A stretch of DNA of 10,206 bases, taken from contig BDGG01000036.1 in the NCBI GenBank assembly GCA_001949185.1, positions 1 to 10,206 on the forward strand. Direction: 5' to 3'. The DNA is from Ramazzottius varieornatus. Taxonomy: Eukaryota; Animalia; Tardigrada. Below are positions 7,051-10,206 of the stretch, in pieces (the first letter of the stretch is position 1; every line of letters begins with the position of its first letter). The notes below the pieces were generated by a model. It searched no databases, was not told where the DNA came from, and saw nothing but the letters and a program-made list of their open reading frames with translations. The position numbers and the translations under genes are program-made.

Positions 7051-10000
7051 TACCGGAATATTATTCCATGTCATGCACCGACTCTTCTGCATATATATTT
7101 GAAGGATTCTGTCTGAAGGTAGAAGGCACGATATGATGTTTACCTGGCCACTGACTGTCGCCCAGGGATTACAGACATGTTAAAAAGGCGGCCGAGATTT
7201 ATCCAGATTGATTCTTGTGATGACAGCTCGGCAGATTATCGAAAGTCGCTGTTTTGACTTGGGAAATTGCTTCTGAAATGAGCAAAATGGATCAGGCGAC
7301 TTTGAGGCTTGATGAAGTGCGCAGCTTTCAGAGGCTTAACTTCTCGCCAGAAATCTTTACGAAAATTGCTTTCGAATAACCCGTCTACGGGGAAGCACCA
7401 TCTGCACCATTTTCGTACATTAGTGAATTTCCCAACTCTTTCGTTAGTAAACTGTCCCTTGCGATGCCCGAAAGTCTGCAGGATAGGTCAGGGCGTCCAC
7501 CACCTGCGAACCTGAAGAAAAACATTGGCAAAGCATACTTGTGGAGACATTGGCACAGCAAGGCACCCGTTGCAATCGGGATAAGGTCGGCGCTGCGCAC
7601 TTATGTGAACCCAGATCACTTCCCGCGTTTCACTGCTTAGCTGACCATAGTCGCTGGGTGAAAGGAAATGTTTATCAGGGAAATATTCCCGCCTCGTTGG
7701 GAACAAGGGTTGCCTGCTGGCCAAGCTTTGCTTGCTGAATAGGTGAAGAGGTATCTGTTTGAGCCGATTTGGCTGTGTCGGTCTGTTTGGCCTGTTTGTG
7801 GAATTGAGGAGCAAATTGTTCGAAGGACAAAGAAGGGATGCTGTGAATGAAGAACCATCCTTGTGGATGACGGTGATGAGGAAGGCGGGCGGAGGGAATA
7901 ATATAGCCATGACAAAAGGTGGCCAACTGAATGAAAGGTACTTGTCTCTTTGGGAGATGATTGGCCGCTATTGTTTGACAGGTCTTCACATAATTGACAT
8001 CTCGCCGTATTCAACGACGGATTGGCCATAGAAGCTAATCAGGCGTAACATTGCCGAAATCTGCGCCCTTTTCATCGGTACCTTTTGTCATGCTGAACCT
8101 CATCGTTGGAATGAGAAGCCTGTCAGGTGACGAGGAGAAGCTCGCGAGGACGATCAAGCCTTCTCAGAGGACTGTCTGGAAAGGTCGGCTGTCGACAACT
8201 GTTGGACTGAATATGTACGGGTTGTGTCAAAGTGACGGCTGAAGGACGTTGTGGTATTTTTAATGTGGGGTTGTTATTTGCGGTCTGACTTTTGCTTTGT
8301 CCTGTGACTGCGAAATGATAATTAGATGGGTGGACGAAGGTTGGCGCGAAGGGCAGTGCGGACAGATTAGGCTGATGTCGGTGACAGGTAAATTAAACGC
8401 TCTGCTTGACCAATTTGTCCTAGGAACATGTGACTTTGACAAGAGGCAGTAGAAAAAAAGGAAAAGCCACGTCGTTATCGGTGGCGGAATCAGTGTCGGT
8501 GTGAAATACCAGCCGACAAAAATGGCGCTTGACTTTGAAATATGGATATGGCGCATCTTTAGTCTGACTTGAAAGATGGAAAAGGGACTAATATTCGTGG
8601 GTCCATCTAGACGAAGAAGCTTACAGACGTTGCCTTTTAGTCCCTCTTAGCGGTAATTGGCATTTTGTCAGGACGAAGGCTGATTGTTCTTCCGAGTGCA
8701 ATCAAGATTGTCGGAGGATTGTGACGCTCCCGCTGCTGAATGCGGCAGAGTGGAAGCCAGCTTGGCCAAGCGGATTACTCTCCTACCTGTAACGACAGAT
8801 TTACCAGTATGGCGTCCAGGTTCAGCTTGGGCGCACCGGTTCCGTTGTGCGAGGAAAGAGGTACTGAAGGTTGGCAGGGAACCTTTTGCTGGCCTTGGTA
8901 TAGTCACGTTTGCAGATAGGGAATTCAACCGCAATCGGTACCCAGCCAGAAGGCGCCGTGGGCAGAGTGGGAATATACTGGATGGGACGCTCTTCGCTTC
9001 CCCCATCTGTCATAACAGATTTGGATATTCCATAGCTTTTCCGGATCAAGATAATGGCAAGAACCATTACTAGACGCAATCATCTGTTTACTTTACGCTT
9101 TTGGACCGATATGGTGTGACGCAGTACCAGTCGTATCGATTTCCGCACTCTATACGCCATTTTCGCGCACACAATGACAGCTAAAAGATTCTCACACAGA
9201 GAAGTACCATACACCCCGAGACCTCGCAACAGAGCTGGATGAGAACTAAGACATCTGTTCAAAAAAATGCAGTTAATGCTCGATTAGGAGAAAACCCGCA
9301 CAATATCATACAATTACTTCGAATTGGGAGAAGGGCGTGTCGTGATGGGAACGAATGTTGCGTCCAGTAAGTTTCGATGATTTCTGCCAAGGGGTGGCGG
9401 TACTATTACTGCTCGTTAATGCTGATATGGACGCAGTAAAGAGTTCAGGTATGGGTGGTAGTGATCGCGATGAATAAATCACAGAAAAAGCAGGTGTTCA
9501 TGAGCTGCCAACGGACTAGTTGTCAGTGCATCAAAAAGCCGTTTGTCTTTCGATATGAAATTCAATTAGCAGGAGGTCAAAACAAGAGACAAAGACAATG
9601 CATCCCTGTAGTCAAACGACTGGAAGACATTTGCATAGAAGTACAATACGACTGGCCAAAGCTCGACTTTGTCCAGGCGAGTCCAGGTGACGACATCTCT
9701 GTACGGGATCCGGGTGCTTTTTGGTAGGGTAACTTGAACCCCAGCGAAGACGTAGGTCCGGATCCGTCCAAGAAAACGGACACGTTTCCAGGATTAAGAG
9801 ATTTGGGAAAGTGGAAACGGATATAAGATCTGGATGGTCGGGATAATGTTCCAGACATGAAAGCTCGACAAAAGCTCGTTAAGATTGTATTTTTAGGTGG
9901 CGCACATCTCCCGTGTTTTTATTTGGACGAGTGCGCCACTTAGAAAAGCAACATTTGCCAGTCTGATTGCTATCCCAAGTAGCGCACGCTTTCAGTCTTA

Positions 10001-10206
10001 TTGGTCAAAAAGTGCGCCGCCTGGCATTGCTGCCTTTTCGAGCAGAATTCCGAAGCACGCGATAGAATTGTGGGGTGTGTGCAGTTCTGGGCTAGTGAAG
10101 AGACATATTTTCGATTTTCGGCTATCTATTCAACCTTGGACGGTCATGATTGGACCTTCTCAAAAGAACCGATCAAGTTGTCATCGGAGAAATCTATCCA
10201 CACGTC

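Noticed and set aside
603-9796. Window-wide enrichment of GGATTA Otx sites (603, 6993, 7166, 8772, 9791)
   Set aside because: Five hits over both strands of 10 kb is about the random expectation for a hexamer.
7488-9858. Longer ORFs (7488-7910, 7637-8029, 8684-9073, 8668-9006, 9455-9727, 9577-9858)
   Set aside because: They show no recognisable domain or transposase/RT motif, overlap in conflicting frames, several use non-ATG starts, and their lengths fit chance.

Overview
This is animal genomic DNA, probably invertebrate since CpG looks undepleted by eye. It carries the 5' part of an Otx/orthodenticle PRD-class homeobox gene on the minus strand. The first coding exon (3038..2855) splices in phase 1 to the homeobox exon (1228..1074), which ends at the conserved homeodomain 46/47 phase-0 intron. 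The exon expected to start VWFKNRRAK is not in the window and must lie left of position 1. Positions ~3400-10206 contain no recognisable gene and look like Otx upstream regulatory DNA. The most interesting observations are an apparent tandem duplication of the Otx N-terminal motif, a frame-compatible candidate alternative exon in intron 1, and an unusually divergent homeodomain. I see no prokaryotic, CRISPR, RNA-gene or transposon features, and the other ORFs in the track look like chance ORFs. Comparisons with known Otx proteins are from memory, not from a database search.
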